Shown: one piece after another, positions 5,913 through 13,515 of the stretch | Position numbering within the stretch: position 1 is the stretch's first letter | Layout: every line of letters starts with the position of its first letter | Source: an uncultured archaeon | GTDB taxonomy: Archaea > Asgardarchaeota > Thorarchaeia > Thorarchaeales > Thorarchaeaceae | Reading direction: 5' to 3' | Length of the DNA stretch: 13,515 bases | Assembly: GCA_964590575.1 (NCBI GenBank) | Contig: CAZPWM010000086.1 | Location: forward strand, 1-13,515 | The notes under the pieces: model-generated | The model's input: the letters and a program-made list of their open reading frames with translations, nothing else | What the model was told of the DNA's origin: nothing | Database searches by the model: none | Translations under genes and position numbers: made by a program

Positions 5913-7208
5913 GTGAGCTATATTCACGTCGGTGACGTGCTTGAAGGAAAACACGAAGGTCAGAAAGTCCACCTACGCGGTTGGGTCCATCGGATCCGGA
6001 AGCAAAAGAAGATGGTCTTTATCCTTCTAAGAGACCCTTCTGGCGTCGTTCAAACTGTGGTAAAGAAAGATGCTGTCAGTGAAGATCAATACGCTGATGC
6101 TGAGAAAATGCTAATAGAATCCCTCGTGACTTTATCAGGCATTGTACATGCTGACAATCGAGCTGAGGGCGGATTCGAAGTGCAGGTTGATGATTTCAAT
6201 GTCCTCCATTTTGCTGAGGATTTTCCAATTACAGAAGAGCAAAGCATCGAGTTCCTGAATGATAATCGCCACTTATGGATGCGATCACGCAAGCTCACCA
6301 ATGTTTTGAAGATCCGGGATGAGGTGTTTGGAGCAGCTCGAGAGTATCTAAGGAAGAATGGATTCTATGAGACCACATCACCTATGTTCGTTTCAACAAT
6401 GGGTGAAGAAGGATCTGAACTCTTTGAAGTGGAATACTTTGGTAAAAAAGTATACCTTACTCAGACCAGTCAGATGCATCTTGAGCCCCAGCTATTCGCG
6501 ATGGAGAGAGTGTTTATTCTTGCACCTTCGTTTAGAGCTGAGAAGTCAAGAACTCGAAAGCATCTTACAGAGTTTTGGCATCTCGAAGTTGAAGAGGCCT
6601 GGTGTGACCATGAATGCAACCTAAAACGACAAGAGGAGCTCATTACCTATATGTGTCACGCTGTTGCCAAAAATAGGCTCCCTGAACTCACAGAGCTTGG
6701 TGTGGATCCTAAACGTCTTCTAAATGTAAATCCACCATTTGATAGAATGACCTATGCTGAGGCAATTGAAACATGCCAAAAAGGTGGTATCGATATCAAA
6801 TGGGGAGAGGACATCAGAAGCGAAGCTGAGGAATTTCTAACTAAAGATAGTGATAACTTTCTCTTTGTTGAATATTATCCTAAAGAGATTAAGTCGTTCT
6901 ATATGAAGGATAATCCTGAAGATCACCGCACTTACAAGAACAGCGATCTATTAGGCCCTCGAGGTTTCGGAGAAGTGATTGGTGGAAGTGAGCGTGAAAC
7001 TGATGCTCAACTCATTATTGACAATCTCAAACGAATCGGTGATGATCCAGAAAAATACAAGTGGTATATCGATATCCGAAGGTATGGGAGCGTTCAACAC
7101 TCCGGTTTTGGTGTAGGAATGGATCGAATAATTACTTGGATGTTAGAACTCGAGCACATTCGAGATTGTATTCCCTTCCCGAGAACTGTAAGCCGAATAT
7201 TCCCATAA
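5913..7208 (+). CDS. asnS: Asparagine--tRNA ligase (class IIb)
   Basis: OB-fold start (LRGWVHRIR...FILLRD), YLTQTSQMHLE, motif 2 FRAEKSRTRKHLTEFWHLEVE, GEVIGGSERE, motif 3 YGSVQHSGFGVGMDR and C-terminal FPRT. FRAEKSRT/EFW/GGSERE favour AsnRS over AspRS. GTG 5913 lies 5 nt after SD AGGTGA; the track's GTG 5904 is part of that SD. Confidence 0.93.
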   Translation: MSYIHVGDVLEGKHEGQKVHLRGWVHRIRKQKKMVFILLRDPSGVVQTVVKKDAVSEDQYADAEKMLIESLVTLSGIVHADNRAEGGFEVQVDDFNVLHFAEDFPITEEQSIEFLNDNRHLWMRSRKLTNVLKIRDEVFGAAREYLRKNGFYETTSPMFVSTMGEEGSELFEVEYFGKKVYLTQTSQMHLEPQLFAMERVFILAPSFRAEKSRTRKHLTEFWHLEVEEAWCDHECNLKRQEELITYMCHAVAKNRLPELTELGVDPKRLLNVNPPFDRMTYAEAIETCQKGGIDIKWGEDIRSEAEEFLTKDSDNFLFVEYYPKEIKSFYMKDNPEDHRTYKNSDLLGPRGFGEVIGGSERETDAQLIIDNLKRIGDDPEKYKWYIDIRRYGSVQHSGFGVGMDRIITWMLELEHIRDCIPFPRTVSRIFP

Positions 7209-7392
7209 TCAGAAGACATCTGAAGAAGGGGGGGCATATCCTTACTTTCATTGAGGATATACCAATCCTTTCTTCCATCAAGTACTCTGATTTTTTCGAA
7301 ATTGCTATAACCTACTTTTGCATAGGAATATGCGAAGATGTAACTATGGATACTTAGACTGATACAAATTAATTTCTTCATTCTAGTTCCAC

Positions 7393-9993
7393 TTGAGGGA
7401 GTGTGGACCTTTGGGAAAAATCATCCAACCGAAAACAATCGCGTGCCTTGTTGCAATTTCAGTCCTTATCTTTCAACTAGGTCTCGGAGTCACAGCTCAG
7501 GAATATGTTGAGCCTGTTGACCTTCTAATAATAACGCACGAAGATTTTGTTTCAGAATGTGAGCGTCTAGCCTCTTGGAAGAACAGCACTGGGATGAGGT
7601 CTGCAGTCGTCACTTGGCAGGAGCTTACTCACTATACAGGAGTAGATTTGCCAGAGAAAATTAAGTTAGGAATTTTAGACTGGTTAATTCGTTATCGAAT
7701 TAAATATGTCCTCCTAATGGGTGATAGTGATGTATTTCCGGTGAGATACTTAACTATGGACTGGAACTGTCACACTCCCGAGCCAGACAAAATCGATTCG
7801 TCTGACATAGTTTTCAGCGCGTCTGATCTTTACTATGCGGATGTGTATAACGCTAGTGAAGATTTTGCTGATTGGGATTTTGATAAGAATGGTTACTTTG
7901 GTGAACTACTAGGCGCTTGGAAATTCACGGGGATTGCACCTATTAATTATGACCGTTTGGATATGTATCCAGATGTTGCTGTTGGAAGAGTACCAGCTTC
8001 CACACTAGAGGAAGCCAGGAACTATGTTGACAAAGTGATTAGTTATGAAACTAATGCTGACATTCAATCTCCAGGTTGGCTGACCAATTCGCTAATAGTT
8101 GCCAATGGTGTGAATGACCTTGACCAGTATCCCTTGTCTCAGGATATAGAAGCTGACCTCGCATCTTTTGGGATGACGAACAAACTGTTGTATGATGTTG
8201 ATTTGCTAAATCTCCCAAGACCCTACACTTATCGACCAAATAATATTGTAATCACCAATGAACTAAACTATGGTAAGGGCTATGTCAACTTTGCAGGTCA
8301 TGGAAGTCCTGGCCATCTCCCTTCTTTTGGGCCTGATTCCTATGATTACAGCATCTGGGTATCTCATTCCTTAGGCTTTCAGTTCAACACATCCCAAAAC
8401 GCGAAATCTGCATTGTGCTTTGGAAAATCTGGATATCCTTCAGTTGGCAACATGAATGGCGATAACGCATCTGACATCTACTTCTTTGACTGGAATGGAA
8501 CTCTTCACACAGCCCAATCAATAGACCCCTATGGATCAGGATACTACATCAATCCATACGAATATAGCTGGGATCTCTATCCATTTTTTGCAGCAAATCC
8601 AGGTTTTCCCAAAATTGGTGACTTCAATGGCGATTCACGAGATGATGTTGTTCAAGTGAACATAACGAGTGGAGATGTATATGTCTGTACTGCGAATGCT
8701 GGAAATCCTTGGTTTACAGCAGTATCAACATGGATGACTGGATTTCTTACAAGCTCCTCCTCTTGGTATGTTGGCGATTTCAACGGTGATATGTTCTATG
8801 ACATCGCCTATCGAGATGGCACTCAGTTTCAAGTTGCCCGTTCTTCAGGAACTAGCTTTACACCAATAATAACAATGTTTGATGGAATAGGTGCAAATGA
8901 AAACATTGTCGTGGGTGATTATGATGGTGATAACAATGAGGATATAGCTCTGATTGATGCTTCTTCAGGCAATGTGCGGGTTGCCATATCTCATGGTCAA
9001 TTGATGGAGATTGATACTAGCTTCAATTATGGTGGCTTCTGTCCAGGTGATATCTCCCGCACAGCAAGAGTCCTCTCTGCTGATTGCCAAGGTGGTGGAT
9101 ACGATAGCCTCATCCTCTTTCTAAGAGATTCAAGGATTGGAGGGAAAAGATCAGATGCAACAGGCACCAATTGGGAACTTGGTGATGTCTATGTACTCAA
9201 CTCTGATGGAATAGGTTGGTGTGCTTGCAGTGTCTGGCATGAACAGTTTTGCCTCGGTAATCAGCAACCTGCTATTGGAGATTTCGACGCAGATGGAAAA
9301 GATGACATTGTCCTATTCAATAGATATGATCGGATTGATCCCTTTGATAATCTCATGAACAAAGATATGTATCCGATAATTTTCGCAGCATCTTGCAGTA
9401 CAGCTGAATACGCAATAATACCACCGTGGCATGACTATGAGGATGCGACTAGAACAGACCAAGTTGGAAGTAACAATGGGAACATCTTTCCTCTAAGAAT
9501 GTTTCACGGAATAGAAGTCCATCTTGCTCCAAGACCCTTCGCATTGCAATCTATTGATACAGGGTGCATTGCAGAACGATTTCTTGTTCAAGATAACACA
9601 AGTGGAGCAGTAGCATATATTGGGGGAGTTGAGGTCCTACAAAATTATGTGAATGATCTCAACAGATATTTCGTTGATGCTTATACTGGTGGAGGAAATA
9701 TTCTTGGAGATATGTGGAATGAGGCATTAGAGTCTTTTCTAACTGCAAAAGGTTATGGGCGAGGTGAGCATTCTCTATATGCATCAGATTGGGCTGATGT
9801 GGCAAGTTATCACCATCCTTCAAAAGTAACATTGTTTGGAGATCCATCCTTGAGAGTCTTTGACACACCTGACCCAACAACACCTGTTCCTGTGATAATT
9901 CCTCCAATCTTCGTGGTCATAATCGGAGGCGGTTTTATCGCAGCTGTTGTTGTTGTTGTCTTTGCTGTTCGTAGATTTCGTCTTAGACCTTAA
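7393..9993 (+). CDS. Membrane-anchored peptidase C25 (gingipain-like cysteine protease) with inserted FG-GAP/VCBS repeat domain
   Basis: Signal peptide. C25 motifs LLIIT, YVLLMGD, SDLYYAD, PDVAVGRVP, NFAGHG (His303), IFAASCST (Cys668), AERFL...GAVAYIG, LGD and LFGDPSL. Six GD(F/Y)xGDxxxD-type repeats lie between His and Cys. Pro/Thr linker, TM helix and RRFRLRP tail at the C-terminus. Start may be TTG 7411. Confidence 0.9.
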   Translation: MRECGPLGKIIQPKTIACLVAISVLIFQLGLGVTAQEYVEPVDLLIITHEDFVSECERLASWKNSTGMRSAVVTWQELTHYTGVDLPEKIKLGILDWLIRYRIKYVLLMGDSDVFPVRYLTMDWNCHTPEPDKIDSSDIVFSASDLYYADVYNASEDFADWDFDKNGYFGELLGAWKFTGIAPINYDRLDMYPDVAVGRVPASTLEEARNYVDKVISYETNADIQSPGWLTNSLIVANGVNDLDQYPLSQDIEADLASFGMTNKLLYDVDLLNLPRPYTYRPNNIVITNELNYGKGYVNFAGHGSPGHLPSFGPDSYDYSIWVSHSLGFQFNTSQNAKSALCFGKSGYPSVGNMNGDNASDIYFFDWNGTLHTAQSIDPYGSGYYINPYEYSWDLYPFFAANPGFPKIGDFNGDSRDDVVQVNITSGDVYVCTANAGNPWFTAVSTWMTGFLTSSSSWYVGDFNGDMFYDIAYRDGTQFQVARSSGTSFTPIITMFDGIGANENIVVGDYDGDNNEDIALIDASSGNVRVAISHGQLMEIDTSFNYGGFCPGDISRTARVLSADCQGGGYDSLILFLRDSRIGGKRSDATGTNWELGDVYVLNSDGIGWCACSVWHEQFCLGNQQPAIGDFDADGKDDIVLFNRYDRIDPFDNLMNKDMYPIIFAASCSTAEYAIIPPWHDYEDATRTDQVGSNNGNIFPLRMFHGIEVHLAPRPFALQSIDTGCIAERFLVQDNTSGAVAYIGGVEVLQNYVNDLNRYFVDAYTGGGNILGDMWNEALESFLTAKGYGRGEHSLYASDWADVASYHHPSKVTLFGDPSLRVFDTPDPTTPVPVIIPPIFVVIIGGGFIAAVVVVVFAVRRFRLRP
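8446..9324 (+). repeat. Six FG-GAP/VCBS-like Ca-binding protein repeats
   Basis: GNMNGDNASDI, GDFNGDSRDDV, GDFNGDMFYDI, GDYDGDNNEDI, ADCQGGGYDSL (degenerate) and GDFDADGKDDI, most followed by a VxVxxSxG-like strand. Confidence 0.85.
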
Positions 9994-10238
9994 TCCTTGA
10001 GAGTTTCCGAAAGCGACTCTTGGCGTTTCCGCTCCACCAGCTCAGCTTGGTGAATCCTTACCATATGTACAGAATACACTAAGCACAATGCACCAACAAC
10101 AACGCCAATCAACCACAATGGACTTGCCATGGGGTGTGCTAACCAGAGAGTGAGAATGTAGATATTCAGACTGGCAAAGAATATTCCAAATGATGCTAGT
10201 GTTGCATAGAATGACCAAGGCATTTCGGTGAAGCTCAT
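9990..10238 (-). CDS. Small hypothetical membrane protein (82 aa, two TM helices)
   Basis: MSFTEMPWSFYATLASFGIFFASLNIYILTLWL-AHPMASP-LWLIGVVVGALCLVYSVHMV plus a charged helical tail. Its stop overlaps the C25 stop in a shared TTAA (9990-9993). Confidence 0.7.
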   Translation of the reverse strand: MSFTEMPWSFYATLASFGIFFASLNIYILTLWLAHPMASPLWLIGVVVGALCLVYSVHMVRIHQAELVERKRQESLSETLKD

Positions 10239-10302
10239 AGGAACCACACACAAGTTTCGGGCTCACTGCAATAAAGACATTGTCTTATCTAGAATCTTGA
10301 CA

Positions 10303-11187
10303 TTATTGCGTAGCTTGATTATTATTGTCCTCTTCTCCAGTGTCCAATGGGCTGATGAGGAGCCCCTCTGAGGTGGCTTTCAACACAACACGTTTCTTTA
10401 ATCCTGCAAGGCGTCTGATAGTTTCAGGAATCACCATTCGACCTTTTGCATCGATTTCACTGATATCGCCATAGAGCGTGTGTTTCTGACCTTCGATGAG
10501 CCCATCTCTTATTCTTAGAACTCTATCTGCATATTCTGCAACTCTCGGGTTATGAGTGACATTAATGACAGTAGTTCCAAATTCCTTGTTTGTCTTCTTC
10601 AGAGCCTCCATCACCATCTCAGTTGTTTCGCTATCTAGCTCACCGGTGATCTCATCTCCGAGGAGAAGTTCTGGATTGTTGGCAAGAGCTACACAGATTG
10701 CGCATCTCTGATTCTCGCCTCCTGACATCTGATTTGGCTTGTGATTAGCTCTAGGACCGAGTCCCATGGTGTCAAGCAGCATGCTCGCTCTTTCGTTAGA
10801 TAGTCTTGTTGGAGCCCCCGCGAGTTTCATAGGTAGGGTGACATTTTTGAAGGCTGAAAGGCCTGGTACTAAATTGCCGACCTGCCAGATGAACCCGACC
10901 TTCTGTCGTCTATATAGCATTGATCTTCTATCATCCAGAATCGAAACACTGTGCCCATCATACAAAATTGCTCCTGCTGTAGGTCTATCCAAAGCACCAA
11001 GCATTTTAAGCAATGTTGATTTTCCGGAACCACTTGGGCCAATTATTGAAAGGAACTCGCCTTCGCTAACTTCAAAATCAACACCCCTGAGGGCAATGAC
11101 CTCTTTTTGGCCTCGTTTGTAGACCTTCATCAGGTCTCTGACAACAATTTTGTATTCATCTGCGATTTCATCTAGATTTTCTGACAT
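10303..11187 (-). CDS. ABC transporter ATP-binding protein (LolD/MacB type) with C-terminal AbrB/SpoVT-like domain
   Basis: Walker A GPSGSGKST, Q-loop GFIWQ, signature MSGGENQR, Walker B/D-loop LLLGDEITGELD and H-loop VTHN. C-terminal EIDAKGRMVIPETIRRLAGL...VVL...EGLLISP. Start set at ATG 11187 (MSENLD) after SD GGTGA, which overlaps the permease stop. Confidence 0.93.
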   Translation of the reverse strand: MSENLDEIADEYKIVVRDLMKVYKRGQKEVIALRGVDFEVSEGEFLSIIGPSGSGKSTLLKMLGALDRPTAGAILYDGHSVSILDDRRSMLYRRQKVGFIWQVGNLVPGLSAFKNVTLPMKLAGAPTRLSNERASMLLDTMGLGPRANHKPNQMSGGENQRCAICVALANNPELLLGDEITGELDSETTEMVMEALKKTNKEFGTTVINVTHNPRVAEYADRVLRIRDGLIEGQKHTLYGDISEIDAKGRMVIPETIRRLAGLKKRVVLKATSEGLLISPLDTGEEDNNNQATQ

Positions 11188-11192
11188 GATAT

Positions 11193-13515
11193 TCACCCTG
11201 TGTATTGAATTTCCTCTGCGATGTTGATTTTTAATGCTCGAGATACAACAAAATAGGTAGCTAAGAGCGATACTATTACAGCTGTACCTATTACTCCTGA
11301 AAGTAATAACCATGGAACTATTAGATTCACAGGAAGCCTTGTCCACAACTGAGTGGTTGCTATTCCTATATATAACATAGGGATTTCTTTCAACAAGAAT
11401 GCAAGTGCTGTGCCGATACCTCCACCAATAAGTGTAGCAAGTAACAATCCCGTAGATGAATCAACAAGTGATGCAACTACCATCGATTTTCTTTCTGCTC
11501 CAAGTGCCCTGAGAACGGAGAATTGCTTTCTCAGACCTCTAACTCTTACAGTTGTGACAATTACAATTCCAAATGTAAGATAGATGAGTGAGAAAATGAT
11601 ATTGAGCGTGTATGCTCCAAAGATAGACTGAGTCGCGCGTGAATCTAGAACTTCGTCAATCGATTCTTGTGCAGCTTCAACAGAATTGAAACTAAATGGT
11701 GCAATCCTGTAGATGTCATTCATTGCTTGTGTATAATTGGCTCCTGGTTCAAGATCAACGTAAAATTTTGTGACCTGTGTTGTGTTAATCCAGTTATGTA
11801 AAAGGCTAATATCCATGATAAGAAAGTCAGATAAGTCTGACTCACCTGGGAAGTAGGTTTGATATCCATCTAGACCATTTTTCATGATATCGATAATTGT
11901 GCATTCTGTTTCATTATACCAATCAGAGCTAAAGACCTGCAAATCAAGGAATGGTGAGTATTGCGGAATGGCTATACGTGTGATTGGGTCCACTGTAAAA
12001 TGACTCACTGGTTTAAATGTTGTAATGATGTTGATGCCATTTTCAATTGATTCACTCAATTTCGGAATGGACACGTGCGGTACATTATACGATGTGAAGT
12101 AGTCAAGCCAAAATGCTGTTTCGATCCATGTGTCTGGTTGGACTCCAAACACTGAGATTGAACGATTGATATTGCTTCCACCACTATAAGCATAGGCATT
12201 CCAGTATTGAACGTATCCTGTAACTCGAAGCATAGGACTGACTTGAGCAACTCCGTTCACTGCGGTTATATTCTGAATTAGATCCATGGTGACATTACTC
12301 AGGATTGGATCAACATCCACAGCAATGTCCGCTCCTGTTTCAAAATAAAATAGATGTTTCATATGTTCACTTCCAGTTGTAGCTGAGAGTGAAGCAAATA
12401 GACCAGCTATAAAGACCATCGCGATAAACATTGTTCCGGTCGCTTCAGATTTTTTGAACATATGTACTGTTCTTGAGATGAGTCTTGTACCTACAATCAG
12501 AGATGGGTTTTTTATCCTAGAAAGAATCTTTGATTTTATTGCTGCAGTGCTTCTTGATAACATTCGGGTAGAGAAAAATAGAAACATCGCCATCATTGGA
12601 ATGATTGTTGCAGCGAAGAATGTAGATGCTGTTGCTGAAAGACCAGTCATTGCGTAAAGAACCATCATCCGCAACAGAAGATATCCTGTAATACCTACAA
12701 TCAGCATATCAATTGCAGGACTACCCATCTTTTCTGATTGAGTAAGAATCTCTCCTTCCAGAGCACTATGAGCTTCAGTTGGTGTCATTAGCAGAGCCTT
12801 CACTGCTGATGGTAAAGCCACAATAAGACCAACTATAAATGAGAAAGAGAAGACAATGATTATGGCAATTGGCTGAAGAAGCATTGTGAATCCTGAGAGT
12901 TGATCCAGATTAAACACAAGTAACTCCCTTACAGAACCTGAAAGGACTGCCGCTAAAACGCCTGTGAAAATAGCACCGATGCTTCCAATTATACCAGTTG
13001 TGACTGCACTACTTAGGACCCAAGAGAATGCCTGTATCCCTGATGAACCTCTGGTCTTGATGGTGCCAACATCTTTTCGTTGTTCTTCAGACAGGAGTTT
13101 GGAGTTGTATTGGATTAACATCACCCCCATTATTATTGAGGGGATTGAAAAAGCAATAGCTATCCCTCTGACACTTAATGACCAGATTGCAAATTCTGTA
13201 ACCGCATCCCTTAATCTGAAGGAATCATAATTAATGACTCCATAGGGCAAGGTTTCTTGTTCGATCTGCTTCTTAACATTGGTTAGGGACTCTATCATCA
13301 TTTCAGCAGTATTTTGAACAATACCTGTCCTGTCAAACTTCACCCAGATGCGTTTTTGTATTCCATACCTGTCATCATGTGGCAATGCTTCAAACAGTGT
13401 TTCAAGAGTTTCAGGGGTAGTAATAATCTGAAGGTATGTCACTTCCGGCGCATTCCAATACGGTTCGAACATGTAGATGTTTGAGATGAAAGTGCCTGCA
13501 ATGATGAATGTTTTT
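11193..13515 (-). CDS. FtsX/MacB-like ABC transporter permease (5' end beyond window)
   Basis: Two FtsX-type motifs (EQRKDVGTIKTRG; LRKQFSVLRALGA), many TM helices and a large extracellular domain starting ETGADI. The frame stays open upstream of 13472 to the window edge (KTFIIAGTFISNIY). Confidence 0.9.
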   Translation of the reverse strand, partial: KTFIIAGTFISNIYMFEPYWNAPEVTYLQIITTPETLETLFEALPHDDRYGIQKRIWVKFDRTGIVQNTAEMMIESLTNVKKQIEQETLPYGVINYDSFRLRDAVTEFAIWSLSVRGIAIAFSIPSIIMGVMLIQYNSKLLSEEQRKDVGTIKTRGSSGIQAFSWVLSSAVTTGIIGSIGAIFTGVLAAVLSGSVRELLVFNLDQLSGFTMLLQPIAIIIVFSFSFIVGLIVALPSAVKALLMTPTEAHSALEGEILTQSEKMGSPAIDMLIVGITGYLLLRMMVLYAMTGLSATASTFFAATIIPMMAMFLFFSTRMLSRSTAAIKSKILSRIKNPSLIVGTRLISRTVHMFKKSEATGTMFIAMVFIAGLFASLSATTGSEHMKHLFYFETGADIAVDVDPILSNVTMDLIQNITAVNGVAQVSPMLRVTGYVQYWNAYAYSGGSNINRSISVFGVQPDTWIETAFWLDYFTSYNVPHVSIPKLSESIENGINIITTFKPVSHFTVDPITRIAIPQYSPFLDLQVFSSDWYNETECTIIDIMKNGLDGYQTYFPGESDLSDFLIMDISLLHNWINTTQVTKFYVDLEPGANYTQAMNDIYRIAPFSFNSVEAAQESIDEVLDSRATQSIFGAYTLNIIFSLIYLTFGIVIVTTVRVRGLRKQFSVLRALGAERKSMVVASLVDSSTGLLLATLIGGGIGTALAFLLKEIPMLYIGIATTQLWTRLPVNLIVPWLLLSGVIGTAVIVSLLATYFVVSRALKINIAEEIQYTG

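Noticed and set aside
4163-7381. Short alternative ORFs 4163-4357, 4421-4621, 5227-5580, 6086-6301, 6358-6624, 7061-7357 and 7094-7381
   Set aside because: They overlap well-supported genes, have atypical composition and show no motifs.
8446-9324. Calling the FG-GAP protein an integrin homologue or eukaryotic signature protein
   Set aside because: FG-GAP/VCBS repeats are widespread in prokaryotes. No thigh/calf domains or GFFKR tail are present.
11188-11346. 53-aa N-terminal extension of the ABC ATPase
   Set aside because: It overlaps the permease C-terminus in another frame. ATG 11187 has a GGTGA SD.
8051-13230. Short alternative ORFs 8051-8239, 9659-9907, 10042-10266, 10766-11122, 11353-11583, 12056-12250, 12454-12657 and 12964-13230
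   Set aside because: Shadow or out-of-frame ORFs within the C25, membrane protein and ABC genes.

Overview
Archaeal genomic window, most likely Asgard (Thorarchaeia-like). This assignment is inferred from the archaeal TBP, GGTGA Shine-Dalgarno motifs, an archaeal-type AsnRS and the style of the Ig-like repeats in the surface protein. Left to right: (1) tbp, minus strand, cut by the window edge and missing from the ORF track, with a cluster of TATA elements upstream. (2) A compact putative arsenic-response locus: a Cys-rich PadR-like wHTH regulator is divergent from an operon encoding an unannotated 43-aa Cys peptide, the arsenite methyltransferase ArsM and a two-domain retropepsin-like aspartic protease. 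Between them is a highly symmetric promoter with three copies of a TATCGGA-N2-TCCGATA-type palindrome. (3) A lysophospholipase/monoglyceride lipase-like hydrolase. (4) A membrane-anchored Ig-like repeat surface glycoprotein. (5) asnS. (6) A membrane-anchored gingipain-like (C25) protease whose predicted catalytic His and Cys are split by an inserted FG-GAP/VCBS repeat block of about 330 aa. (7) On the minus strand, a small 2-TM protein, a LolD-like ABC ATPase fused to an AbrB-like domain and an FtsX/MacB-type permease cut by the window edge. The arsenic module and the C25/FG-GAP insertion are the most interesting elements. All calls come from manual motif reading; no searches were run.
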